The notes: generated from the sequence alone by a model not told the origin. Counted from the first letter of the stretch, positions 26,979 to 36,347 are shown. The stretch: 41,377 nt of DNA from Candidatus Moraniibacteriota bacterium (GCA_030648835.1 JAUSGT010000002.1:266081-307457), one strand, 5' to 3'. Numbers and translations are program-made.

Positions 26979-27395
26979 ATGGCACAGAATAAGAAAACAA
27001 TGATTGACCGGAAGTACCACTTGTTCGACGCGCAGGGAAAGGTGCTTGGCCGTTTGGCGACACAACTGGCCACTATCCTTATCGGCAAAGACAAGGTTGC
27101 TTACGCTCCGCATATCGATGGTGGTGATTTTGTCGTGATTATCAACTCCGACAAGGTGGAAGTGACCGGCAACAAGGGGAAGAAAAAAATGTATCATCGT
27201 TTCAGCGGGTATCCGGGCGGTATTTCTTCCATCAATTTTGAGGACCAAATAAAAAAAGATTCCCGCAAAGTGATTTGGCAGGCCGTGTACAATATGCTCC
27301 CGAAGAACAAGTTACGGGGAAGAATGCTCCGGCGCCTCCTCATCAACAAGGGATCAGAGCATGAACAGAAAATTATTCACGTAACCCACCAGTAA
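26979..27395 (+). CDS. rplM: 50S ribosomal protein L13
   Basis: DA....LGRLA, GK.K..Y.PH.D.GD.V, SGYPGG, MLPKN. Confidence 0.96.
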   Translation: MAQNKKTMIDRKYHLFDAQGKVLGRLATQLATILIGKDKVAYAPHIDGGDFVVIINSDKVEVTGNKGKKKMYHRFSGYPGGISSINFEDQIKKDSRKVIWQAVYNMLPKNKLRGRMLRRLLINKGSEHEQKIIHVTHQ

Positions 27396-27401
27396 AGCGA
27401 T

Positions 27402-27935
27402 ATGCCAACCAAGAAAGTTACAACCAAGAAAGCGGCTATTAAGAAAGAAGCAACTCCTAAGACAGTCAAAAAGACAGTGACGAAAAGAAAGGCTGTTGCT
27501 GTTTCTGATGCCCCAGCAGTCATTCCTGCAACTATTGTTGCGGAACGCTATGTCTATGCTGTGGGTCGTCGTAAGACGGCTGTTGCCCAGGTGCGCTTGT
27601 ATCCGAGTACGGCAGCGGAAGTAGCAGTCGTGAACAAAAAGCCCATTCGTGAATATTTCGGTACGGCAGCGTTGGAAGCGCAGGCTCTCCTTCCACTTAA
27701 GACGTCTGGCTTGGAAGCGGCGTTTCGGGTAACAGTCTTGGTACGGGGTGGAGGTCTCCACGGTCAAGCCGATGCTATCAAGTTGGGGATTGCACGCTGT
27801 CTTATCAAACATGATCCGCTCCTGCGAGCCACGCTCAAAGCGCTTGGACTTTTGACACGCGATTCTCGAGCAGTCGAACGCAAGAAACCAGGTCTCAAGA
27901 AAGCCAGACGCGCCCCACAATGGGCAAAACGTTAG
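27402..27935 (+). CDS. rpsI: 30S ribosomal protein S9 with Lys-rich N-terminal extension
   Basis: GRRKTAVA, GGG..GQA.A, ERKKPGLKKARRAPQW.KR. Confidence 0.97.
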   Translation: MPTKKVTTKKAAIKKEATPKTVKKTVTKRKAVAVSDAPAVIPATIVAERYVYAVGRRKTAVAQVRLYPSTAAEVAVVNKKPIREYFGTAALEAQALLPLKTSGLEAAFRVTVLVRGGGLHGQADAIKLGIARCLIKHDPLLRATLKALGLLTRDSRAVERKKPGLKKARRAPQWAKR

Positions 27936-28062
27936 TTTTGCACATTGGGGAGGGAAAGGGGTCGGGAAAACGGGAGTTTTCCTGTTGCGGAGAGCAGGAC
28001 GAAGTCCGCTGAGAACGGAGGAGTTCTCAGAGAGCGAAGCGATGCAATGGGCAAAACGGTAA
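27918..28062. repeat. inverted and direct duplication of the rpsI 3' end flanking a hairpin-rich element
   Basis: caatgggcaaaacg at 27918 and 28045; inverted copy gttttgcacattg at 27935-27947. Confidence 0.75.
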
Positions 28063-28137
28063 TTGAATCTCGAATCTTGAATATAGAATTTTGGAGCCCC
28101 GGGAAACCGGGTTTTTTACTTTTTTGAAAGGGATTTT

Positions 28138-29613
28138 CTAGAAGCCGAAAAATGTGGAAGGTTCGGAAAAACGGATACGACTGACAGCGTCGGTCTCCTC
28201 GTTTTGGGATGATACGAAGTAAACATAATTTTCATCGAAGCGCGTGAGAATCTGGAGAAGAGGCGAAGAAAGTGTCGCGAGGTCGGCCATATTTCTCTGG
28301 TCGCGGTTATCAATCTCGATTATCTTGGCACTGTCACCCAGGGAGAAAAGAATATGTTCATAGTCTTCTGTCCACACGACATTTTTTATTGTATTTGAAA
28401 AACGCGCTATCTGGATATTTGTGTTGTGCTCTCGTATCGGCTGGGCTTCCCAATCGCGTACGAAGTATACGGAAATCTCACTATTGGTGAAGAAGAGAAG
28501 TTTTTTCCCGTCGTCAGAAAACTGGACGCCCCTCACCCCTCTGTCGGCGATTTCTTTGAGGATGATTTCAGAAGAGGAGATTTTGTTGTAGACCCAGAGT
28601 TTTCCCGTTTTTTGTTCCCGTACGGTCAGTCGGGCGTCATCGTAGAGAATCAGCGAATACAGGCTGTCAGAAAGCATATCAATGGGGATGGTAGTGATTT
28701 GGGTCGGTTCGGTTCCCACGTTTCTTGCGGGGATCCGATAAATAATACCGTTGTCTTGGCTTAAATAGTAGATATCTTGTCCGGAGAAATTGTAATCACG
28801 GACATTTTCTTTGACAAAAAGTGGCGCGGCATCCGTCGCTTCCGTATCAATACGCCAGAGAGTACCCTCTTCCAAGTACAGCAGGACATTTCGATTGGCC
28901 GGGTCCCAACGGGGGTTTCGAATGGTATCTGTTTTTTTATTTTGAGAAAGTTCGTAGAGAGAAGTTACTTGTTTGGTCGCAATATCGACAACAAAATAAA
29001 TGTGTGCCCCGGCGCGTTCCAGGGGGATCAGTATTTTACGGTTATCCGGTGACCATTCGATATTTTCTTCACCATCTTTCGGAAGAGAAACGTCAGAAAG
29101 TGAGAATACCTGTTCCGTTGTTTCGGTGCTCGTATTGAGGATGTCTACCGTCAGTATGTCTCCCTTCTTTTTGGCAACGGCCAAGAGCCCTTGTTTCCGG
29201 GCCTGAAAGATCTTTACGGCGCCGGCGGTTTCAGGGATAGTTTCCGGAGAATTGTTTTCTTTGACAAGAAAAACATTCCAGAATTCCGTGGAGAGCCCGC
29301 TTTGGACGGTGGTCTTCTTGGCCCATGGTAGATAGCCTGGGGCCGTCACTTCGATGAAATGTTCTCCGGGAGCGAGACCGCCGATGTGAATGGAATTGTT
29401 GAGAATACCGAGTTTGGTATGGGGGATGAGCTCACCATCAATGCGGATGTCGACTGTTTCGGGACTCGATTTGATGGAGACGGACCCCGTGTAGACGAAG
29501 ATACCGCGTTCGAAGTTGAAGCGGTAGCCGAAGGTATAAAAAAGGACCGAGGAGGCGGTAATGAGAAATATGCCTGTGAAGGTCCAGAATAAAAGGGGGC
29601 GGATACGTTGCAT
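28138..29613 (-). CDS. PEGA-domain membrane protein with C-terminal beta-propeller (TolB-like)
   Basis: N-terminal TM helix, GYRF, TG...I.S.P....I.IDG...L.PG.H...V...GY..W.K; WSPD/FSDD repeats. Confidence 0.8.
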   Translation of the reverse strand: MQRIRPLLFWTFTGIFLITASSVLFYTFGYRFNFERGIFVYTGSVSIKSSPETVDIRIDGELIPHTKLGILNNSIHIGGLAPGEHFIEVTAPGYLPWAKKTTVQSGLSTEFWNVFLVKENNSPETIPETAGAVKIFQARKQGLLAVAKKKGDILTVDILNTSTETTEQVFSLSDVSLPKDGEENIEWSPDNRKILIPLERAGAHIYFVVDIATKQVTSLYELSQNKKTDTIRNPRWDPANRNVLLYLEEGTLWRIDTEATDAAPLFVKENVRDYNFSGQDIYYLSQDNGIIYRIPARNVGTEPTQITTIPIDMLSDSLYSLILYDDARLTVREQKTGKLWVYNKISSSEIILKEIADRGVRGVQFSDDGKKLLFFTNSEISVYFVRDWEAQPIREHNTNIQIARFSNTIKNVVWTEDYEHILFSLGDSAKIIEIDNRDQRNMADLATLSSPLLQILTRFDENYVYFVSSQNEETDAVSRIRFSEPSTFFGF

Positions 29614-29731
29614 AGGAATGATAAATAAGTGCTTTTTTAGTATACCTTCAAAAGGGAACTTTTGGGAAGTTTAATGGGTGAAATGTCTTTTGACAGAGGC
29701 ATTCTTTAGAGTGTAGACTGGTGTCATCTCT

Positions 29732-30235
29732 ATGCCACAACTCTTTGATTCCCTTACTGCTCTACATTTGCCGAAAAACCTGGCGGGAGACATGTCGCTC
29801 CTGCTCCTTTTTGTCGGGATGAGTCTCGTGTTCGGCTTCGTATTTGGTCGTTGGAAGCTCATCAATATTCTCATCAACGTTTACATTTCCCTGGCCTTTA
29901 TCGGTGTCTTACCGCAAAAGTTTTTGGATTCTTCCCTGTACGCCAAAAGTGGAACATTTCTTGCCTTTCTCATAATTTTGACGGCTATCGATGACCGTCT
30001 TTTTGATTTGCATATTACCAGCGCGGGGACAGATTTTTTTTGGCGTCTTTTTGTTACCAGTTTTCTCGTAACCGGGATGATCGTGAGTGTCCTACTCTCC
30101 TTCCTGCCGAAAGCCACGGCGCTCGGCTATATTTCTCCCGTCGCCTACGGCTACTTCGCATCGCCATTGGCACTCATTTTTTGGATGGTCATGCCGCTTG
30201 TCTTGTTGCTCTTCATCAACAACCGGCTGAAATAG
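29732..30235 (+). CDS. hypothetical multi-TM protein
   Basis: Hydrophobic 167-aa ORF preceded by TTGACA-18-TAGACT. Confidence 0.7.
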   Translation: MPQLFDSLTALHLPKNLAGDMSLLLLFVGMSLVFGFVFGRWKLINILINVYISLAFIGVLPQKFLDSSLYAKSGTFLAFLIILTAIDDRLFDLHITSAGTDFFWRLFVTSFLVTGMIVSVLLSFLPKATALGYISPVAYGYFASPLALIFWMVMPLVLLLFINNRLK

Positions 30236-30315
30236 ATTTTTAAGGAATTGAAAACCGCGCTGGAATTGTTATTCTTGTGCGCGGTTCTCTATTTTCACGG
30301 TAAAACCTGTGTTTC

Positions 30316-30741
30316 TCAGTCACCTGATTTTATTGGGTGGCGTTGGTAATGGCGGATTATTATGACATGGTACCATGCGAGCGATGCAATCATGATGAGG
30401 AGAATCAGACCAAGTAAGGGATGGAAATTTCCACCAATGGAGAAAATCATTATTGGCATTGCCACGCACAGTAAAAAATAATTTTTCCAATTCGATTTTC
30501 GCGCCCGTATCATGTAGCTCATCAGAACACAGAGAGTAAATTGATAGATGATATAACTTATCCACAGGACATCATTCAAAGCCGTAGCTATCGTTTTGGT
30601 GTAATCGGATTCGGTTATGACGTAAAAAATGATACCTACCAAGGCCGAACCAATGACAATGAGGGTCCCTCCAAGCAATCCGAGCAGTGCGAAAACCGAA
30701 AAGAAAAAATAATTAAAACCTGATTTAGATTTTGTGGACAT
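30316..30741 (-). CDS. hypothetical 4-TM protein (AT-rich)
   Basis: AAGGA RBS; four hydrophobic segments. Confidence 0.6.
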   Translation of the reverse strand: MSTKSKSGFNYFFFSVFALLGLLGGTLIVIGSALVGIIFYVITESDYTKTIATALNDVLWISYIIYQFTLCVLMSYMIRARKSNWKNYFLLCVAMPIMIFSIGGNFHPLLGLILLIMIASLAWYHVIIIRHYQRHPIKSGD

Positions 30742-30908
30742 TCTTTATGATCCTTTTGGTGGCGGTTTTTAAGATAACAATAAAGGGTATTATAACCACA
30801 AAAGAGCAGAGGAGTCAATAGCTTATTTTAGGCTTGAATGCAGGGTAGAGGAGCTTAATTAAGTGTTTATATTACTTTCAGTTTTTGAAAATTGTAGAGT
30901 TTAACGGG

Positions 30909-30944
30909 CCCGCCCGCATCGCTTTGCGTAGCGATGCGGGCGGG
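30909..30944. repeat. GC-rich palindrome abutting the rRNA promoter
   Basis: cccgcccgcatcgct-ttgcgt-agcgatgcgggcggg; degenerate relative at 35529-35564. Confidence 0.85.
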
Positions 30945-30945
30945 G

Positions 30946-30974
30946 TTGACAGGGTTTTGATACTTGTCTATACT
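30946..30974 (+). promoter_or_regulatory. rRNA sigma70 promoter
   Basis: TTGACA-17 bp-TATACT about 300 nt upstream of the 16S. Confidence 0.8.
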
Positions 30975-31282
30975 GGTTAAGCAATCTATGAGCCTCCAGG
31001 CTCGAGTTTGCTTTTGTTTCTTTTTGTTTTAATTAGGGTGAAGCTTCAAAAAGTCTTCGGGCTTTTTTGTTCGCTCTAAAAGTCATTTAACAATTGAGCC
31101 AAATAACAACAATAAAATAATCACAATTTTTTGTGGTTAGTCCTTGTTTTCTTTTTGTCTTCGGATGAAGGGAAAACAATTGTAACTTAGGTTACACGGA
31201 AGAATCTCTATTCGGTAGCAGTGATGCTACCAACTAAATTTAATCTTTTTGCCTTCGGGTAGACAGATTGAGTTTTCTTATT

Positions 31283-31322
<40 letters not shown>

Positions 31323-32263
31323 GATAAGGCATGCAAGTCGAGTGGGTTTAGACCCACGGCAAACGGGTTCGGATAACATAGGAATCTTCCCTAAAGTCGT
31401 GAATAATCCAGAGAAATTTGGAATAATGCGCGATATGCTCTACGGAGTAAAGATTTATCGCTTTAGGAGGAGCCTGTGTCCTATCAGCTAGTTGGTGAGG
31501 TAATAGCTCACCAAGGCTATGACGGGTAGGGGGTGTGAGAGCACGGCCCCCAACATTGGAACTGAGACACTGTCCAAACACCTACGGGTGGCTGCAGTCG
31601 AGAATATTCCACAATGGGCGAAAGCCTGATGGAGCGACGCCGCGTGCGGGATGAAGGTTTTCGAATTGTAAACCGCTTTTTTCAGGGAAGAACTACGGTG
31701 ACTGTACCTGAAGAATAAGAGGTTACTAACTCTGTGCCAGCAGTAGCGGTAATACAGAGACCTCAAGCGTTATCCGGATTTATTGGGCGTAAAGGGCAGG
31801 TAGGCGGATATGTTAGTCGGATGTTAAATCTCGGGGCTCAACCCCGAACAGGCATTCGAAACGGCATGTCTAGAGGATGTGAGAGATCAGTGGAATTTAT
31901 GGTGTAGTAGTGAAATGCGTTGATATCATAAAGAACACCCAAGGCGAAGGCAACTGATTGGCACATATCTGACGCTGAGCTGCGAAAGCGTGGGGAGCGA
32001 ATAGGATTAGATACCCTAGTAGTCCACGCCCTAAACGATGCATACTAGGTGCAGGGAGAATCGACCCTTTCTGTGCCGGAGCTAACGCGTTAAGTATGCC
32101 GCCTGGGAAGTACGAGCGCAAGCTTAAAACTCAAAGGAATAGACGGGGATCCGCACAAGTGGTGGAGCATGTGGTTTAATTCGACAGTAAGCGAGGCACC
32201 TCACCAAGGTTTGAAATCTAGCTGCAGAGCCCAGAAATGGGATGTCCTTCGAGGGTGCTAGAC

Positions 32264-32297
<34 letters not shown>

Positions 32298-32365
32298 AAG
32301 ATGTTCCGTTCAGTCGGGAAACGAGCGCAACCCCTGTGAAGTGTTATATATGTCACTTCAGACTG

Positions 32366-32496
32366 CCCTCTCATTTGCGCACGAAGCGCGCAAATGGAGT
32401 GAGTAGTTTGTAGATGGTAGTTGGTAGAGAATTTTTCTACTTACTATTCACTACGTACTACAAACTGTATTCGCGTTTCGCGAATAAGTGAGAGGG
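32366..32496 (+). other. about 130-nt hairpin expansion / IVS-like insertion in 16S helix 40
   Basis: Lies between gactgcc and ggaggaagg; closed by ccctctca/tgagaggg; three internal hairpins. Confidence 0.85.
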
Positions 32497-32723
32497 AGGA
32501 AGGCGGGGATGACGTCAAATCAGCATGGCCCTTTGACACCTTGGGCGACACACGTGCTACAATGGCCGGAATAAAGGGTCGCCAAATCGCAAGATGGAGC
32601 TAATCCCAAAAATTCGGTCTCAGTTCGGATTGAAGGCTGCAACTCGCCTTCATGAAGCTGGAATCACTAGTAATCGTTGATCAGCCACGCAACGGTGAAT
32701 GCGTTCTCGGATCTTGTACTCAC

Positions 32724-33676
32724 AATAAAAGCGCCGGGCAGTTTATCCCGCACTTTGTTCTCTTACAAAAGAGGATGGAGTCGGAATAAGTCTCGTTCTT
32801 GTTTCTTTGCGAAACAAAGTGCGGGATTTATCAATCTAAGGAGTTCAAATCTCCTCCTCCGTTTCCCAAACGGAGCGTAGTTGAAAGGTAGTCGCGTATC
32901 GCGAGGTACGCGGTGAAGGACCTGGAAACGAATGGTAGTCCAACTAAGAAAGAATCGTATCGACTTCTGAACCAAGGCGGTGAGCAGAAGGAAGATATAA
33001 TAGAGCGATTCGTTGGAATGTCAGGAACAGAATGATAGATAACCCCGGGAGATCTTGCGCTGTTTCAATGTCGTGTTACAATGATATTGAATAATGAAAC
33101 TTACGCAGCGTAAGAAGTCAGCTGAGCTATAGTAACTCTCGATTTATCGAGATGAAGGGCTCACTCAGATGCATATGGAAAAAATAACTCCAGATTACAT
33201 CGTTGGTCTTGTGGACGGAGAGGGAAGTTTCACAGTCTATGTGAAAAATCCTGATTCAGATAAGCAAGTCATACGACGAACAAAAGTAGAGCCACGGTTT
33301 TTTCTGAAACTTATCGAGAAAGATAAAAAAATTCTCGACGAACTCAAGAAATTCTTTGGGTGCGGGAACGTGTATTTTCAAAAAGATACTCGTCCCAATC
33401 ATCAAAATTGTTATCGTTATGAAGTAGCCAATAGAAAACATCTGGAAACCATTATTATTCCATTCTTCAAAAGTAATTCTTTGAGGTTACGTTCAAAGAA
33501 AAGTGACTTTGAAATGTTTTGCAGGATTTTCAAAATGATTATGAAGAATGATCATTTCAAAGATTCGGGATTGCGTAGGATATACGCTCTCAAGCAGACA
33601 ATGCATTAGAGCTCGTCGTGTGCGGGAAATCCGCAGGCACGATGGGAACATCAATTCGTAGTTTTACGAAGATAAT
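32724..33676 (+). mobile_element. group II intron at 16S C1399/C1400 (E. coli numbering) carrying a LAGLIDADG ORF
   Basis: Splits gtactcac|cgcccgtc. Domain V at 33612-33646, domain III agta...gaaggg motif, 3' terminal AT, EBS loop ggcggtgag complementary to the exon junction. Confidence 0.9.
33175..33609 (+). CDS. single-motif LAGLIDADG homing endonuclease (intron domain IV)
   Basis: YIVGLVDGEGSF, L..L..FFGCG.V, IIPFF...L...K..DF..F. Start at 33169 or 33175. Confidence 0.93.
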   Translation: MEKITPDYIVGLVDGEGSFTVYVKNPDSDKQVIRRTKVEPRFFLKLIEKDKKILDELKKFFGCGNVYFQKDTRPNHQNCYRYEVANRKHLETIIIPFFKSNSLRLRSKKSDFEMFCRIFKMIMKNDHFKDSGLRRIYALKQTMH

Positions 33677-33956
33677 CGCCCGTCACACCAAGAGAGCCGG
33701 CAATACCAGAAGGCCCCGGGTTAAATCGGGGACGACGGTAGGGTTGGTGATAAGGGTGAAGTCGTAACAAGGCATCCGTAGCGGAAGCTGTGGATGAATC
33801 ACCTCCTTTCTAGGGAGATAAAGGTGTAGAGATGATGATCTATGATCAGAATCACAACCATTATGGTCGTTCATTCGCTTACGTATAGTTTTCTAACGCT
33901 TCGGCGAAAGGAGATTTACCTGTCTATGGCAGGCGTAGTAATGAAACATAATAAAC

Positions 33957-34040
33957 TAGAGACTTTCCGTAAAAAGTTCGTCGTGGTGGAAACATCGTGG
34001 CGAACATAGGACTAACCGCAAAAGGTTTTGATTATTGTTT
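33957..34040 (+). other. 3' strands of the pre-16S processing stems
   Basis: aggactaaccgcaaaa...tgattat pairs with leader ataatca...ttttgtggttagtcct (about 31117-31144); tagagactttccgtaa pairs with leader cggaagaatctcta (about 31197-31210). Confidence 0.7.
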
Positions 34041-34169
34041 AAATGCAAATTATCTGATGGAGCGCTCTTCAATGAGCAATTCCTTGCGAAGGGAATTTCA
34101 TCAGGTAAGAATCAAGTACTTTACGCACAGTATTCCAAGATAAAGGAATTTCTTCGTTTACTGCTGTAA

Positions 34170-34206
34170 GACACGGAAACTCGTCGCAAGACGGGTTTTC
34201 TTGTTT
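34170..34206 (+). terminator. terminator hairpin, repeat A copy 1 (ends the 16S unit)
   Basis: gacacggaaactcgtc-GCAA-gacgggttttcttgttt. Confidence 0.85.
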
Positions 34207-34353
34207 TTAAGTTATCAGAACTAGCTTATATGGGCTAGTTTTTGCTTTATTCCAGGCGTTTGAAAAGTATTGACAAAAATGGAAAAATAACACAGACACT
34301 TTTTTAGATATATGCTATATTTTTGGTAAAGAAATAGATGTTGTTCTAGCCAT

Positions 34354-35505
34354 ATGAAAAAGACTAGGAATAACCGAGACCAAGACCTCATTGAGAGGAC
34401 TGCCAGTATATATCACTCTATTGCTCATGATTCGATGGACGGGTTTTTGATTTTAGATATGCATGGTCAGTTTCTGGATGTGAATGATGTGTATTGTCGC
34501 ATGATAGGATATAGTCGCGGGGAACTTTTGAAAATGAACTTGGTAGATGTCGAGGCAGCGGAAAAACCGCAGAATGTTGTCAAATTCATGAGACATATAA
34601 AGAGGCTAGGAAAAACCCGCGTCTTTACGCAACACCGAAAAAAGAATGGTACTATTGTGGAGGTTGAAATCAGTGTCAATTATACCAATTATCTAGGAGG
34701 ACTCGTATTTGCTACTTTACGCGATATTACCGGAATCAAAAAAACAGAAAACGACCAGTTTAGAAATCGAGCAGAGTCAAGAAAAAAAATGGAAGGAAAA
34801 CTAGCCGATTCATACAGACACTCTGAAAATCAGGATCAATCAAGAAAGGTAGTAGAGGGACAGCTAGCCGATTCATACAAACATTCTAAAGAAGAGGCAG
34901 AGTCAAGAAAGGTGATAGATGGTCAGCTGGCCGATTCATACAGACACTCTGAAAATCAGGATCAATCAAGAAAGATAGTAGAGGGACAGCTAGCTGATTC
35001 GTACAAATATTTGGGGACCATCAATAGAAAAATTACTCTTCTTCTGGACATAGAAAAACTCCCGAGGTCAAAAAGTCACCGCAAGGAAACCATAGACTAT
35101 ATTTTGAGTTTGGCTATGAGTATTGTGAATGCTCCTATGGGGTATCTCTATAGTTCGAAAGGGAGAGGGACGTTTAGTCTATTATCCTATAAAGGAGTAG
35201 AGGCGGGGCAAGAAGAAAAAATCAAAGTGATTACCTCCCGTAAGGTCGGACTTTTGAAACATCTGCTCCGAGAAAAAAGTCTTATTAGCGGGGATATAAA
35301 GCGTTACGAAGCGGAGCTTTTGGCATCAGACAATAAGCTGGAATATTTTGTTACTCTACCTCTCTCGAAAGGAACAGCTTTGGGAGGGTTTATTTTTTTG
35401 GGTTTTAATAAAAAACATACCGTAGCCACGCAAGATTTGGAATTTCTTGACGTTTTTGCCATGCATGCTTCCAAGGCCCTTATGGAAGCTGGTGTTTTGG
35501 AATAG
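34354..35505 (+). CDS. PAS - repeat coiled coil - GAF-like sensor protein with no output domain
   Basis: PAS (DG...LD..G....VN...CRMIGYS..EL; HRKKNG...VEIS; RDIT), four LADSY repeats, GAF-like end (LPL.....LGGFI......DLEFL..FA..A). Confidence 0.82.
   Translation: MKKTRNNRDQDLIERTASIYHSIAHDSMDGFLILDMHGQFLDVNDVYCRMIGYSRGELLKMNLVDVEAAEKPQNVVKFMRHIKRLGKTRVFTQHRKKNGTIVEVEISVNYTNYLGGLVFATLRDITGIKKTENDQFRNRAESRKKMEGKLADSYRHSENQDQSRKVVEGQLADSYKHSKEEAESRKVIDGQLADSYRHSENQDQSRKIVEGQLADSYKYLGTINRKITLLLDIEKLPRSKSHRKETIDYILSLAMSIVNAPMGYLYSSKGRGTFSLLSYKGVEAGQEEKIKVITSRKVGLLKHLLREKSLISGDIKRYEAELLASDNKLEYFVTLPLSKGTALGGFIFLGFNKKHTVATQDLEFLDVFAMHASKALMEAGVLE
34768..35006 (+). repeat. 63-nt (21-aa) intragenic tandem repeat, about 4 units
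   Basis: ctagccgattcatac-like motif at 34801, 34864, 34927 and 34990. Confidence 0.9.
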
Positions 35506-35563
35506 ACACACATATACCCAAGATAAAGCCTGCCCGCCTCACTACGCATAGTGTTGTGGGAGG

Positions 35564-35600
35564 GACACGGGAACTCGTCGCAAGACGGGTTTTCTTGTTT
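35564..35600 (+). repeat. repeat A copy 2
   Basis: 36/37 identical to copy 1. Confidence 0.92.
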
Positions 35601-35690
35601 TTCTAAGGCTATACTCTACTGTTTAGAGGGCGCCCAAACGGGTGTTTTGTGTATGCTATACTATAGCCATAATGTAACTAACATAAAACT

Positions 35691-36338
35691 ATGAAAAAGA
35701 ATATCTTTTTCCCGGTTGTTGGGCTCGCGGTTTTTTCTTTTTTGGCATTGCCTGTTTCCGCGCAGAAACCGGAAAGTGTAGGTACGCCAGCAGAAAAGTC
35801 ATTGCAGGCACAAACCGCACAGGCGAATCTGAATGCCAGTAAAGGTCAGGTGAATGCTCCTACGAATGATGCTACGGAGACCACTCAACCAACGACAGAA
35901 AAAAATGCCAAAGGTCAAACAACTGCCGAATCACATCGCAGTGTGGTGGCTACCTTTGTGCAAAGTCTCTTGGCGGTAGCTGACAGAGAAGGTGGCATTG
36001 GAGCGCAAGTGAAAGTAGTCGCAGAGCAACAAAATGATACTAAGGATAGGGCCGCTGACTTGATATATGCTGTTGAGAATAGAAATAAAATAAAAACATT
36101 TTTTATAGGTACAAGTTATAAAAATCTTGGAGAATTACGAAGCCAAATGGTTCAAACAAGAAATCAGATTGACCAACTTAGGAGGTTAGCGGCTAAAGCT
36201 GAGAACCCAGAGGATAAAGTAGCGCTTGAAACTCAGATTCAGTCTCTCGAACAAGAAGCACAGAAAATTGATACTTTCATCACCGATAATGAAAGCCAAT
36301 TCAGTTTGTTTGGCTGGGCAGTAAAACTCTTCCAGTAA
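35691..36338 (+). CDS. secreted coiled-coil protein
   Basis: Signal peptide MKK...PVSA, low-complexity linker, helical C-terminus ending FSLFGW. Confidence 0.75.
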   Translation: MKKNIFFPVVGLAVFSFLALPVSAQKPESVGTPAEKSLQAQTAQANLNASKGQVNAPTNDATETTQPTTEKNAKGQTTAESHRSVVATFVQSLLAVADREGGIGAQVKVVAEQQNDTKDRAADLIYAVENRNKIKTFFIGTSYKNLGELRSQMVQTRNQIDQLRRLAAKAENPEDKVALETQIQSLEQEAQKIDTFITDNESQFSLFGWAVKLFQ

Positions 36339-36347
36339 AGAGTGGGG

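Noticed and set aside
32724-33676. 16S insertion as a group I intron (the usual LAGLIDADG host)
   Set aside because: The 5' exon ends in C not U, the intron ends in AT not G, no P7 R/S elements were seen, and group II DIII and DV are present.
34768-35006. 63-nt periodic repeat as a CRISPR array
   Set aside because: It is in frame inside a CDS and the intervening parts are themselves repeated.
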